A stretch of 64,000 nucleotides of DNA from an uncultured virus (IMG/VR IMGVR_UViG_3300020349_000009) (IMGVR_UViG_3300020349_000009); one strand, 5' to 3'. Shown: positions 30,442-39,140, counted from the stretch's first letter. A program made the numbers and translations. The notes: a model not told the origin generated them from the sequence alone.

Positions 30442-30672
30442 TTAATAAGTAACTGTCTCGACCTCATCGTGAGTCACCATAACTATTCTAGCACCGCACG
30501 ATAACAATGGCTTGTCGGTCGTTGACTGTATCACCTCGACCTCGCCCTTGACTATAGCCTTATGGCAGTACACATTAGACTTGCTAGTCTTTACTGTTAT
30601 AGCTGGCTTGTTTTCGCCATGCTTCAGGTTAGACTTTATAACGTGTTGATTTACATGGATATATGTTTTCAT
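30442..30672 (-). CDS. Small phage protein (IHVNQHVI...KPLLSCGAR)
   Basis: ORF with GGGAG RBS; motif pattern I recall from small phage proteins of unknown function. Confidence 0.65.
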   Translation of the reverse strand: MKTYIHVNQHVIKSNLKHGENKPAITVKTSKSNVYCHKAIVKGEVEVIQSTTDKPLLSCGARIVMVTHDEVETVTY

Positions 30673-30675
30673 AGT

Positions 30676-30921
30676 CTATCTCCCAGACGTTACAGTTTTA
30701 TATAATTCACCATAGTCAGCATCATAAGACGGATCAGCTTCGCATATTGCATCAAGTAATTCGTCATAATTAAGATACCTATTGTGATTATTATCTAAGC
30801 AGAACATAGCAGTACCAATGCTAGTACACCAAATTTCAGTAACAGTCTTGCCATTTAGTGTATCGCCTACTGCAATATAATCATTAAGCACATCGCCATT
30901 AAATTTAATTTCTTTAGTCAT
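30676..30921 (-). CDS. Hypothetical early protein
   Basis: ORF with GGGAG RBS. Confidence 0.6.
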   Translation of the reverse strand: MTKEIKFNGDVLNDYIAVGDTLNGKTVTEIWCTSIGTAMFCLDNNHNRYLNYDELLDAICEADPSYDADYGELYKTVTSGR

Positions 30922-30924
30922 AGT

Positions 30925-31560
30925 CTATACTCCCAGTAGATAGTTTATGTGTACTTCAGAGACATGATTACCATCACGCCATTTTGGTGACTTCGTTGCT
31001 AGATTATCGCACCACTCATCCCATAGGGATTCAGTACCATAATCATGGCAGATCGCTATATAGTTTCTAAGCTTAGTCTCGTTGGCTTGTAAGCCCTTGA
31101 TAGTCTTAGGATTCTTAGCCAGTACGAATACTTTAGGATCTAGTTTATACATTCTGATATTGTGAACATCCATACAGCCAACCAAACCCATAGTCAATTG
31201 ACATAAGAATCCAGCTTTAGGTAAACCTAATCCATCGACTCGCAAAAAGACTTGCATTAAACTATATGCCTTATCATCATTTGACTTATGGCTATTCGCT
31301 ATAGCTTTGACCTGAGCATATAACTTATGCTTATTAGAATCTAAATACTTATAAGTCTTTGACTTAACACCCCACAAATACTTAGAATTAATACCATTTT
31401 CCTTGACATCTTTTAACTGGTCACCACAACTTAACCAGTTTTGTTGGATGCTAACACTAACCAGCATCGCAACATCCATTAGATTATTAGCGGATGCCAT
31501 AGCATATTCTTGACATTGGATTGCATGAGTTTGATACATTTTTGGATTGCCTCCCGACAC
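30925..31560 (-). CDS. Helix-hairpin-helix (DNA glycosylase-fold) protein
   Basis: LRVDGLGLPKAGF...GCMDVHN resembles an HhH motif followed by catalytic D-x-H; start may be ATG 31539. Confidence 0.5.
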   Translation of the reverse strand: MSGGNPKMYQTHAIQCQEYAMASANNLMDVAMLVSVSIQQNWLSCGDQLKDVKENGINSKYLWGVKSKTYKYLDSNKHKLYAQVKAIANSHKSNDDKAYSLMQVFLRVDGLGLPKAGFLCQLTMGLVGCMDVHNIRMYKLDPKVFVLAKNPKTIKGLQANETKLRNYIAICHDYGTESLWDEWCDNLATKSPKWRDGNHVSEVHINYLLGV

Positions 31561-31574
31561 TTGGAAATAAAATA

Positions 31575-31621
31575 ACTTTTAAAATACATAATCGCTTTAG
31601 GCTCTTATGTATTTTAAAAGT
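31575..31621. repeat. 17-bp perfect inverted repeat
   Basis: ACTTTTAAAATACATAA ... TTATGTATTTTAAAAGT. Confidence 0.85.
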
Positions 31622-31650
31622 ATTTTAACAGATATTTATTTATTAATCAA
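31622..31650 (-). promoter_or_regulatory. Possible sigma70 promoter
   Basis: TTGATT-17 nt-TAAAAT with TG just upstream of the -10. Confidence 0.45.
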
Positions 31651-31795
31651 AGTCCCATTCAGTCATTTCAAATTCATCTTCTACCGCTATCAATATATCT
31701 AAAGGATTAGATATAGTCCCATCTTCCTGCTGAGTCTCTGCAATAGAGAACATATAGTCTGTTAGATATGCTGATTGTTTTGTTGGATTGCTCAT
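31643..31795 (-). CDS. 50-aa acidic hypothetical protein (MSNPTKQSAY...)
   Basis: Hand translation; GGGATATAGACTATG start context. Confidence 0.5.
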   Translation of the reverse strand: MSNPTKQSAYLTDYMFSIAETQQEDGTISNPLDILIAVEDEFEMTEWDFD

Positions 31796-31827
31796 AGTCT
31801 ATATCCCGTAGATGCGTTAATAGAATT

Positions 31828-31860
31828 AAAAAAAAACCCCGATCACTTTCGTGACCGAGG
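31828..31860 (-). terminator. Intrinsic terminator after the first early gene
   Basis: CCTCGGTCAC-GAAA-GTGATCGGGG followed by a run of T. Confidence 0.85.
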
Positions 31861-31870
31861 CGGTATAGAT

Positions 31871-32359
31871 TTATTTAGATTGAATAGATTCTAAAATCAT
31901 TCCGATGCCAGCTTCAATGTCGCCAACCTTAGAGACTAAAGTCTCAAAGCGATTTTCCATATCGTCTAATCGGGCATTGATCTTTTTGACGTTAGAGTTT
32001 TCGGCATGAACCTTAACAGGTTCAACTGGCTTAGCCGTTCGTTCGATATAATCTATCACTTCAGGCTCAGGCTTAGACTTCTTTGAAGTCTTTTTAGCTT
32101 TCGGCTTCGGTGCTGTCTTAGACTTAATGCGTGACTGAATAGATTTTGGCACTGTCTCACATTCAAAATAGCTTTGAATGTCGGCATGAGTCAGTTTGGC
32201 TTCGCCATGCTGAGAGTTTAAGATGGCGTTATAGACTTTCGTAAGTCCGTAGCGCTCAGATTTTTCTGCGGCACACAGCGAAGCAAAGCGATTTGCGACT
32301 GCCCAGATTTGCTTTGAAGTGGCGATTCGATTCGAGTCGATTTCAGCGAAGTTTGTCAT
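31871..32359 (-). CDS. First early-arm gene; hypothetical with Lys/Pro linker and C-terminal coiled coil
   Basis: GAGG RBS, own terminator, ATSKQ motif. Confidence 0.7.
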   Translation of the reverse strand: MTNFAEIDSNRIATSKQIWAVANRFASLCAAEKSERYGLTKVYNAILNSQHGEAKLTHADIQSYFECETVPKSIQSRIKSKTAPKPKAKKTSKKSKPEPEVIDYIERTAKPVEPVKVHAENSNVKKINARLDDMENRFETLVSKVGDIEAGIGMILESIQSK

Positions 32360-32376
32360 GGCGATTTTCCTCTAGT

Positions 32377-32511
32377 TGGTTTATTAAATTACTTAAAGAT
32401 TCTAAAAAATACCTTTTTCACTTTAGTTCAAAAGTATTTTTTAGAATCGTAATTTAATAAACCACCTTCACCTTACTTTAAAACAGTTATTAAAGTTTTA
32501 AAGTAAGGTGA
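32377..32511. repeat. Two adjacent long inverted repeats
   Basis: 32377-32464 (16-bp outer and 15-bp inner stems) and 32468-32511 (17-bp perfect stem TCACCTTACTTTAAAAC). Confidence 0.85.
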
Positions 32512-32579
32512 TTTTTTAACCAGCTTCATAAACTTAACCAGACTTCTAAGCTCTGCTTAGTTAATGCTACAAGCCATTG

Positions 32580-32750
32580 AAATCTTTGAAGACTTCCGAG
32601 AAGATTCTAAAGAATCTTAAAAGTCTCTAAAGCTCCACAATTTGTAAACTAGAGCTACGCTCTTTAAAGGCTTTGAAGCCCTTTGAAGACTTTTAAAGTC
32701 TTTACAGGCTATGCAGAGGTGTCCGTCAAGACTTTTAAAGTCTTTAACGT
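32580..32750. repeat. Array of degenerate CTTTAAAG/CTTTGAAG units including a 19-nt direct repeat; candidate terminus or origin region
   Basis: AAGACTTTTAAAGTCTTTA at 32686 and 32728, with related short units around them. Confidence 0.7.
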
Positions 32751-32941
32751 GCGTGTGAGCTTGAGGGTAGGCAGGTGGCCATACCCCCTCCCCCCTATAT
32801 ATACTCAATCTTATACATTTTCGGTGAAAAGAGGTGTCAACCAGTTTGTGCCGCAGCTTTAAAGAGCTTCAAAGGGGAGGGGGAAGTGAGGTAGGGTGTG
32901 GTGAGTGCTATAACTATATAACGGTGGGGACGTTAATATCT

Positions 32942-32970
32942 ATTATAATGATTATTTAAGGGTTTGTCAA
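32942..32970 (-). promoter_or_regulatory. Consensus sigma70 promoter, leftward
   Basis: TTGACA (32970-32965)-17 nt-TATAAT (32947-32942). Confidence 0.8.
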
Positions 32971-33001
32971 GTGTAAGTATATAACTTTTAGGAATAAAGA
33001 C

Positions 33002-33030
33002 TTGACAAAACTGTAAACTAGCTATATAAT
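33002..33030 (+). promoter_or_regulatory. Consensus sigma70 promoter for the terS/terL/structural arm
   Basis: TTGACA-17 nt-TATAAT; ATG begins 8 nt after the -10. Confidence 0.85.
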
Positions 33031-33037
33031 AAGTAAT

Positions 33038-33436
33038 ATGAATAATAAAGATCTAACAGAAAAACAAGAATTGTTCCTTAAACACTTACCAACCGTAGGA
33101 GGTGATCCGAAAAGAGCAGCAGAGTTAGCTGGTTATTCGGAATCCAGCTATCCTGCTGTGGTTAAGGCATTAAGATCGGAGATATTGGAGCTTGCTACAG
33201 GAATATTGGCTCAATCTGCACCAAAAGCAGCCATGAAGCTAGTAGATATTATGGATAGTAACGCTCCTGTGCCTCAAGCGAATGTAAGAATACAGGCAGC
33301 TCAAACGATCCTAGACCGTGTAGGCTTGGGCAAGAAAGAAACGCTTGATGTAAATGTAAATAGTACAGGCGGCTTGTTTATACTCCCCACAAAAAAAGAA
33401 ACAGTAATAGAGGGAGACTATGAGGAGATCGAGTAG
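33038..33436 (+). CDS. terS: Terminase small subunit
   Basis: LTEKQELFL...AAELAGYS HTH, AAQTILDRVGL; upstream of terL. Confidence 0.75.
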   Translation: MNNKDLTEKQELFLKHLPTVGGDPKRAAELAGYSESSYPAVVKALRSEILELATGILAQSAPKAAMKLVDIMDSNAPVPQANVRIQAAQTILDRVGLGKKETLDVNVNSTGGLFILPTKKETVIEGDYEEIE

Positions 33437-33650
33437 CACTATTCCGTTTGGTTACAAACTAAACGATGAAGATACTGCGACTTTAGAGCCTGTAGAAAAA
33501 GAATTGGAGGCTTTAAACGAAGTAGTTCCTTTGATTCAAGACAAAAGCTTGTCATTGCGTGAAGGAAGTTTATATATTTCGCATTTAACTGGCAGAAGTT
33601 TAAGTCATCAAGGTTTAAAGAAGATAGTGGAGAAGCGAAACTTTGGATAA
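33420..33650 (+). CDS. Small protein resembling a serine-recombinase DNA-binding (recombinase) domain
   Basis: IPFGY...E...L...SLR pattern; no catalytic resolvase domain. Confidence 0.5.
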   Translation: MRRSSSTIPFGYKLNDEDTATLEPVEKELEALNEVVPLIQDKSLSLREGSLYISHLTGRSLSHQGLKKIVEKRNFG

Positions 33651-35307
33651 GCCAGATTGGGAACTTAATCCAGAGAAGTATGCTACAGACTCAGACGGTA
33701 ATTTTATCCTGAAAGTGGATGGGACTCCAAGAAAGAAGTCAGGTAGAGCAAAAGGGTCTAAAGGAAGAGGCTATAACTTTCATTCTGAAACTAAAGCAAA
33801 GCAGGCTGCAAAACGTACAGTTCGAGATAAGCAGAAAAAAATAAAGCAGGCTCAAGATAAAATAAGTAGACATAAGAAATCAATTGAAACTACTAACAAG
33901 GCTTTAAAAGAAGAAGGCGTACTTAGCTCAGAAGAGCTAGAGGCTCTGCCAAAGTCAATAAGATCAGAAGCTAACGAGAATGTAATCTTCAAGGCTAATG
34001 AAGGGCCACAAGAAGAGTTCTTAGCTTCAAGCGAAACAGACGTATTGTTTGGTGGAGCAGCAGGTGGCGGTAAGTCCTATGCGATGCTAGTAGATCCGTT
34101 GAGGTACGCACATAGGTCAGCGCATAGGGCATTGATACTTAGGAGGTCTATGCCAGAACTCCGAGAGCTTATAGACAAAAGCAGAGAGCTGTACCCTAAA
34201 GCCTTCAAAGGTGCAAAGTACAAAGAAGTCGAAAAGCTTTGGAACTTCCCAAGCGGAGCAAAAGTAGAGTTCGGCTTCTTGGAACGAGATGCAGATGTAT
34301 ACCGCTACCAAGGCCAAGCCTATAGCTGGATTGGCTTTGATGAGATCACGCACCTGCCAACAGAATTTTCATGGAACTACTTAGCGTCACGTTTACGAAC
34401 AACTGACCCTGAGATAGTTCCTTATATGCGCTGCACAGCAAATCCAGGAGGTACTGGAGCGCATTGGGTGAAGAAGAGGTACATAGACTCATCTCCGCCT
34501 AACGAAGCTTACAGAGGCTCTGACGGCCTTACACGCAAGTTCATCCCAGCAAGATTAGATGATAATCCTTATCTAGCTAAAGATGGACGCTACGAGCAGA
34601 TGCTGAAAGCACTGCCGCCAACTCAGCGCCAGCAGTTACTAGAAGGTAACTGGGACGTTGCAGAAGGAGCAGCCTTTACAGAGTTTGATAGGAACTTACA
34701 CGTAGTTACTCCTTTTGACATTCCAATTAACTGGGAGCGTGTAAAAGGCATTGACTACGGTTATGCGTCTGAATCAGCTTGTGTATGGGGAGCAGTAGAC
34801 CCAAGTGACGGTACATTAGTTATTTATCGTGAGCTGTATCAAAAGAATTTACTAGGTACAGACTTAGCAAGTTTAATAACAAACATGGAACTAGAAGATC
34901 CTTTTTCAGTCTCAGGTGTGCTTGACACAGCTTGCTGGAACAGGACAGGAACAACAGGCCCAACAGTAGGAGAGACACTTGTTCGTGCAGGTCATAAGCT
35001 ACGAAGGGCTGATAAGAACCGTATTCAAGGAAAGATTCAAATCCATGAATACTTGAAGATTACTCAAAGCGGTAGACCACGCATTCAAATATTTAATACA
35101 TGCCCGAACCTGATACGAGAACTTCAAAGTATTCCTCTGGACAAATCAAACCCAGAAGACGTAGACACAAAAGCGCCAGATCATGCTTACGATGCTTTAA
35201 GATATTTAATAATGTCTCGGCCTCGTATGAGTAATCCTTTAGACAGGATGCGAGATCTTAAACGAGAACAGAGCTACGCTCCTGTAGACACAACATTTGG
35301 ATATTAA
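33643..35307 (+). CDS. terL: Terminase large subunit with basic N-terminal extension
   Basis: GGAAGGGKS Walker A, IGFDE Walker B, TANPGG, GIDYG and DHAYDALRY nuclease motifs; TTG start. Confidence 0.95.
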   Translation: MDKPDWELNPEKYATDSDGNFILKVDGTPRKKSGRAKGSKGRGYNFHSETKAKQAAKRTVRDKQKKIKQAQDKISRHKKSIETTNKALKEEGVLSSEELEALPKSIRSEANENVIFKANEGPQEEFLASSETDVLFGGAAGGGKSYAMLVDPLRYAHRSAHRALILRRSMPELRELIDKSRELYPKAFKGAKYKEVEKLWNFPSGAKVEFGFLERDADVYRYQGQAYSWIGFDEITHLPTEFSWNYLASRLRTTDPEIVPYMRCTANPGGTGAHWVKKRYIDSSPPNEAYRGSDGLTRKFIPARLDDNPYLAKDGRYEQMLKALPPTQRQQLLEGNWDVAEGAAFTEFDRNLHVVTPFDIPINWERVKGIDYGYASESACVWGAVDPSDGTLVIYRELYQKNLLGTDLASLITNMELEDPFSVSGVLDTACWNRTGTTGPTVGETLVRAGHKLRRADKNRIQGKIQIHEYLKITQSGRPRIQIFNTCPNLIRELQSIPLDKSNPEDVDTKAPDHAYDALRYLIMSRPRMSNPLDRMRDLKREQSYAPVDTTFGY

Positions 35308-37482
35308 ATGGAAAATAATAATACATTAATGCAGAATAGCGACCAGATATATTACGCTCCAGTAGAGGGCGAAACTGCTATGAAGCTAGAGTTAGAAAAT
35401 GATGTTAGGAATAGGTTTGTAGGTTTAATTGAAGATCGTTTTGAATTAGCTAAGAATGCTAGGGATCATGATGAAGACAGGTGGCTGAAAGCGTACCACA
35501 ACTTTAGAGGCTTATATCCTAAGCACGTTAAGTTTCGTGAGTCTGAAAAGTCTAAAGTATTTATTAAAGTAACAAAGACAAAAGTTCTTGCAGCCTTTGG
35601 TCAGCTTGTAGATGTAATCTTTGGTACTGGTCAGTTTCCAATAGGCGTAAGAGAAACTAACATACCAGAAGGTATTTCAACGTATCAGCACTTAGATATG
35701 TCTGGAGCTGATATAGAAACTTCTAAGCCTGACGAAGAAAACAAAAAAGAAAAGAAAGAAATAGATCCTTTTGATATTGGATTCAAAGGAGACGGTAGAA
35801 CATTAAGAGCAGGAACTACTTACGACTCAGGCGAATCTTTTTTTGAAGACGAACTTAAAAAAGGAGAAGCTACTTTTGTAAATGGGCCTTCTCCCGACCC
35901 TAATGTTTTAGAAATCTCTCCAGCTAAAGAAGCTGCTCGCAAGATGCAAAAGCTTATACACGATCAGATAGAAGAATCAAGTGGCTCAAGCGAGTTACGC
36001 AATGCAATTTTTGAGTCTGCTTTATTTGGCACAGGAATTATTAAAGGCCCATTTAATTTTAATAAAGAAATAGGCCGATGGAATACTGACGAAGACACTG
36101 GAGATAGGAATTATAGTCCTGTAGCTGTACGTGTTCCACGCATTGAGTTTGTTAGCATTTGGGATTTTTTCCCAGACCCTAATGCAACAACAATAGAAGA
36201 GTGCGAGTTTGTTTGCCACAGACACAAAATGAATAAGTCTCAGCTACGAGCGTTATCTAAGATGCCTTATTTTAATAAAGGAGAGATTCGTGAGTGTTTG
36301 CAGATGGGGCCAAACTATGAAGAAGAGGATTACGAATCTGAATTAAAAGACGATAGGCGCTCAGAAGATTATGGTTCAGGACAGTATGAAGTTTTAGAAT
36401 ATTGGGGAATCATAGACGCAGAGTATTGTCGTGAAGCTGGAATGGAACTTCCAAAAGAAATAGACGATTTAGATGAAGTACAAGTAAATGCTTGGATCAG
36501 TAACGGTAAACTTCTGCGTTCAGTTGTAAATCCTTTTACTCCGCATCGCATACCGTACAATGCTTTTACATACGAAAAGAACCCGTACAGCTTCTTTGGT
36601 ATTGGCGTTGCAGAAAACATGGACGACTCTCAACAGATTATGAACGGCCACGCACGTATGGCTATTGACAACCTTGCGCTTAGCGGCTCTCTTGTATTTG
36701 ATGTTGACGAGTCTGCGCTTGTAGGCGGGCAGTCAATGGACATCTATGCAGGTAAAGTATTTAGACGACAAGCAGGCATGGGTGGTCAAGCAATACACGG
36801 AATTAAATTCCCTAATACATCTCAAGAAAACATGATGATGTTTGACAAGTTCCGACAGCTTGCAGACGAACAAACAGGCATTCCAAGCTATAGTCACGGT
36901 CAAACAGGCGTACAAAGCATGACACGAACTGCGTCAGGGATGTCTATGTTGCTAGGTGCAGCGTCATTAAATATTAAAACAGTAGTTAAAAACTTAGACG
37001 ACTTCTTGTTAAAGCCTCTTGGTGAAGCTTATTTTCAATGGAACATGCAATTCTTTGAAGGCCCATTGCAAATAGAAGGCGACCTTGAAGTAAAAGCTAT
37101 GGGTACAAATAGTCTAATGCAAAAAGAAGTACGCAGTCAACGACTAACAACTTTCTTACAAACAGCGCAAAACCCTGCCATTGCTCCATTTGTTAAGATG
37201 TCTAAAATAGTAAGTGAGCTTGCTTATAGTTTAGATCTCGATCCCGATGAAATACTCAATGATCCAGAAGAAGCTAAGATAGCGGCACAGATTATAGGAG
37301 CGCAAAATGCTGGACAAGCAACTGGCGGCCAAGCTGGCGGCCCTGACCAACAACAAGCAGGTATGGGAGGCGGTGCAGGAACACCTGAACAACCTCAAGA
37401 CGCTGGAGTTACAGGCACTGGTGGCGGCACAATCGGAACAGGAAATGTTCCGCAGGCAGGGGAGAGTGAATTCTCTGGATAA
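35308..37482 (+). CDS. Portal protein (module B)
   Basis: Follows terL; KTKVLAA, GTGIIKGP, DFFPDP, FFGIG, RTASGMSML; G/Q-rich tail. Confidence 0.88.
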   Translation: MENNNTLMQNSDQIYYAPVEGETAMKLELENDVRNRFVGLIEDRFELAKNARDHDEDRWLKAYHNFRGLYPKHVKFRESEKSKVFIKVTKTKVLAAFGQLVDVIFGTGQFPIGVRETNIPEGISTYQHLDMSGADIETSKPDEENKKEKKEIDPFDIGFKGDGRTLRAGTTYDSGESFFEDELKKGEATFVNGPSPDPNVLEISPAKEAARKMQKLIHDQIEESSGSSELRNAIFESALFGTGIIKGPFNFNKEIGRWNTDEDTGDRNYSPVAVRVPRIEFVSIWDFFPDPNATTIEECEFVCHRHKMNKSQLRALSKMPYFNKGEIRECLQMGPNYEEEDYESELKDDRRSEDYGSGQYEVLEYWGIIDAEYCREAGMELPKEIDDLDEVQVNAWISNGKLLRSVVNPFTPHRIPYNAFTYEKNPYSFFGIGVAENMDDSQQIMNGHARMAIDNLALSGSLVFDVDESALVGGQSMDIYAGKVFRRQAGMGGQAIHGIKFPNTSQENMMMFDKFRQLADEQTGIPSYSHGQTGVQSMTRTASGMSMLLGAASLNIKTVVKNLDDFLLKPLGEAYFQWNMQFFEGPLQIEGDLEVKAMGTNSLMQKEVRSQRLTTFLQTAQNPAIAPFVKMSKIVSELAYSLDLDPDEILNDPEEAKIAAQIIGAQNAGQATGGQAGGPDQQQAGMGGGAGTPEQPQDAGVTGTGGGTIGTGNVPQAGESEFSG

Positions 37483-37537
37483 TTTATTAACATTAAAAGA
37501 GCAAGTTGCAGAAGCTCGTAAAAGAATAGGGGACTAA
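37307..37537 (+). CDS. Small post-portal protein
   Basis: AGGAG RBS; overlaps the low-complexity portal tail in another frame; FRRQGR motif. Confidence 0.6.
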   Translation: MLDKQLAAKLAALTNNKQVWEAVQEHLNNLKTLELQALVAAQSEQEMFRRQGRVNSLDNLLTLKEQVAEARKRIGD

Positions 37538-37542
37538 ATAAA

Positions 37543-39135
37543 ATGCCAAACGAAGAAGAAATGAAGGTCAAGTACGCAGTAGGTTCTGTAGCTCAAAAGG
37601 CTGCGGAGGGTTCAGACTCTCTGCTAGAAGCAGCTAAAGAAGACGTTAATCGAATTAATCGTGGGCCTGCGGAAGATACTCTTCTATCGACTCCTGATCG
37701 TGGTACTCCAGAAATGCAAGGCGCAGAAGAAATAATGGACGATCCAGAAATGGACGCTGATGACGAACTAGACATACCCGTGCCTGTCCTTGCGTCAGTT
37801 TGGTTTTCTGAAAATACAGAGCCGCCTAAGCAAGAGCAATTAGAAGATTTTGAAGATGCTTTTGTAGACGCAGTTATTGACGACTCCCCTGTTTTTGAAT
37901 TCCAAGATAAGGTCTATAGCATAGATAAAGCTTCTAAGATGGAAATCGAAGAAGATCTGGCAGAAGAAAGAGAGCAGTTTTTCTTTGGTGGCTTTACTAA
38001 AAAAATTGGTAGAATGATTGGCGGCAAAAAGAAAATGAAGAAAAAGCTAAGCGGAGGCTTTAGAGGAATCTTTGGTCGTTTAGCTAAAAGAATAAAAGAA
38101 CAAGAAAATCCACGAGGCACAAAAAAATTAGTATCTGATGCACAAGCAGACGCAGCAAAAGCAATGGCTACTGCACAATTTTCAGGTAATCCAATGTTAC
38201 AAGGAGATTCTGCTCGTCAAGCTCAAGTAGGCGTAGCTACAAAACTAGGAAATGTAGTAGCTCAAAAGTTTCCTAACGCTGCTCGAAGAGAAAGAAACAA
38301 GGGCAGAAGCGGTTTCTTTGGAAGACTTGGAAGTATTTTTGGAAGGCGCAGAAGACCTATAAGAAATACTTCCCCTTTACTTGCGTTAAGTTTTTTTGGA
38401 AATAAATTTAGAGTGCCGATCGGAACTAAAAAACAGTCAAAAAAACTAGGAAATAAACTTTTTAAAAAAGTAAAAAGAAGTTTTAAAAAAGTAGCGAAGC
38501 CGCAGCAAGAACAAACTTTTTCTAATTTTGGAAGAAAAAAATTCGGCAGAAAAGTTATAAAATCAATTGGTAGATTTGGATTTGACGAAGGCGGTATGCC
38601 TGTAGACACTTATTCAAATATTCCGCCTGAAGAAATGGAAGCAGTAAAAGCTTCGCAACTTCCAGACAGTGAAATGGAAGCAAAGTACGAAGAGTTTGTA
38701 CTAGACGAAGCGTTGAGTCCTGTAGATCAAGACTACTTAGCATCTGCCCTTGAGCAAGACGCTAAGCTTGCTACGCTTTTTGATCGAGTAATGGACACAG
38801 CAACAGAATTTTCTGGTGCAGGTGCTGTAGAAGGCATCGGTACTGGCACATCAGATTCGATACCTGCTAGGTTATCGGACGGTGAATTTGTTTTCACCGC
38901 AAAGGCTGTAGAGCAGTTAGGCGCAGATAATCTTCAAATGATGATGGATCAAGCCGAAGCTGAGTTCGACAGTCGAGAAGGTCAAGCATATGGAGGAAGT
39001 ATGCGAGACGGCTATGCGTATGGTAGTATGGTGTCAGATGACGAAGACGATTCAACTATGTTTGAGGATGACGAAGACATGAGTGAAGAGTTGAAGTCTA
39101 TGATGCTTGATGCGAACCAGATGCCTAGAGCATAA
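37543..39135 (+). CDS. Head-associated protein with acidic flanks, basic core and GTGTSDSIPARLSDGEFV motif
   Basis: Position between portal and scaffold; composition; motif. Confidence 0.6.
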   Translation: MPNEEEMKVKYAVGSVAQKAAEGSDSLLEAAKEDVNRINRGPAEDTLLSTPDRGTPEMQGAEEIMDDPEMDADDELDIPVPVLASVWFSENTEPPKQEQLEDFEDAFVDAVIDDSPVFEFQDKVYSIDKASKMEIEEDLAEEREQFFFGGFTKKIGRMIGGKKKMKKKLSGGFRGIFGRLAKRIKEQENPRGTKKLVSDAQADAAKAMATAQFSGNPMLQGDSARQAQVGVATKLGNVVAQKFPNAARRERNKGRSGFFGRLGSIFGRRRRPIRNTSPLLALSFFGNKFRVPIGTKKQSKKLGNKLFKKVKRSFKKVAKPQQEQTFSNFGRKKFGRKVIKSIGRFGFDEGGMPVDTYSNIPPEEMEAVKASQLPDSEMEAKYEEFVLDEALSPVDQDYLASALEQDAKLATLFDRVMDTATEFSGAGAVEGIGTGTSDSIPARLSDGEFVFTAKAVEQLGADNLQMMMDQAEAEFDSREGQAYGGSMRDGYAYGSMVSDDEDDSTMFEDDEDMSEELKSMMLDANQMPRA

Positions 39136-39140
39136 CCGTA

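Noticed and set aside
31643..31795. Acyl-carrier-protein or DNA-mimic identity for the acidic 50-aa ORF (LDILIAVEDEFE)
   Set aside because: No DSL phosphopantetheine motif and too short; resemblance only
32580..32750. CRISPR-like array
   Set aside because: Only two exact 19-nt copies, no regular spacer series and no cas operon; the Cas4-like gene sits in an ordinary phage replication context
32617..32808. 63-aa ORF in the ORF track
   Set aside because: It translates the repeat array (KDFKSL twice) and has no convincing RBS
32810..32840. Additional leftward sigma70 promoter (TTGACA at 32840-32835)
   Set aside because: The best -10 match (TATAAG) needs a 19-nt spacer
33420..33650. Integrase / temperate lifestyle
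   Set aside because: Only 76 aa with no catalytic domain; no repressor, att site or host flanks visible
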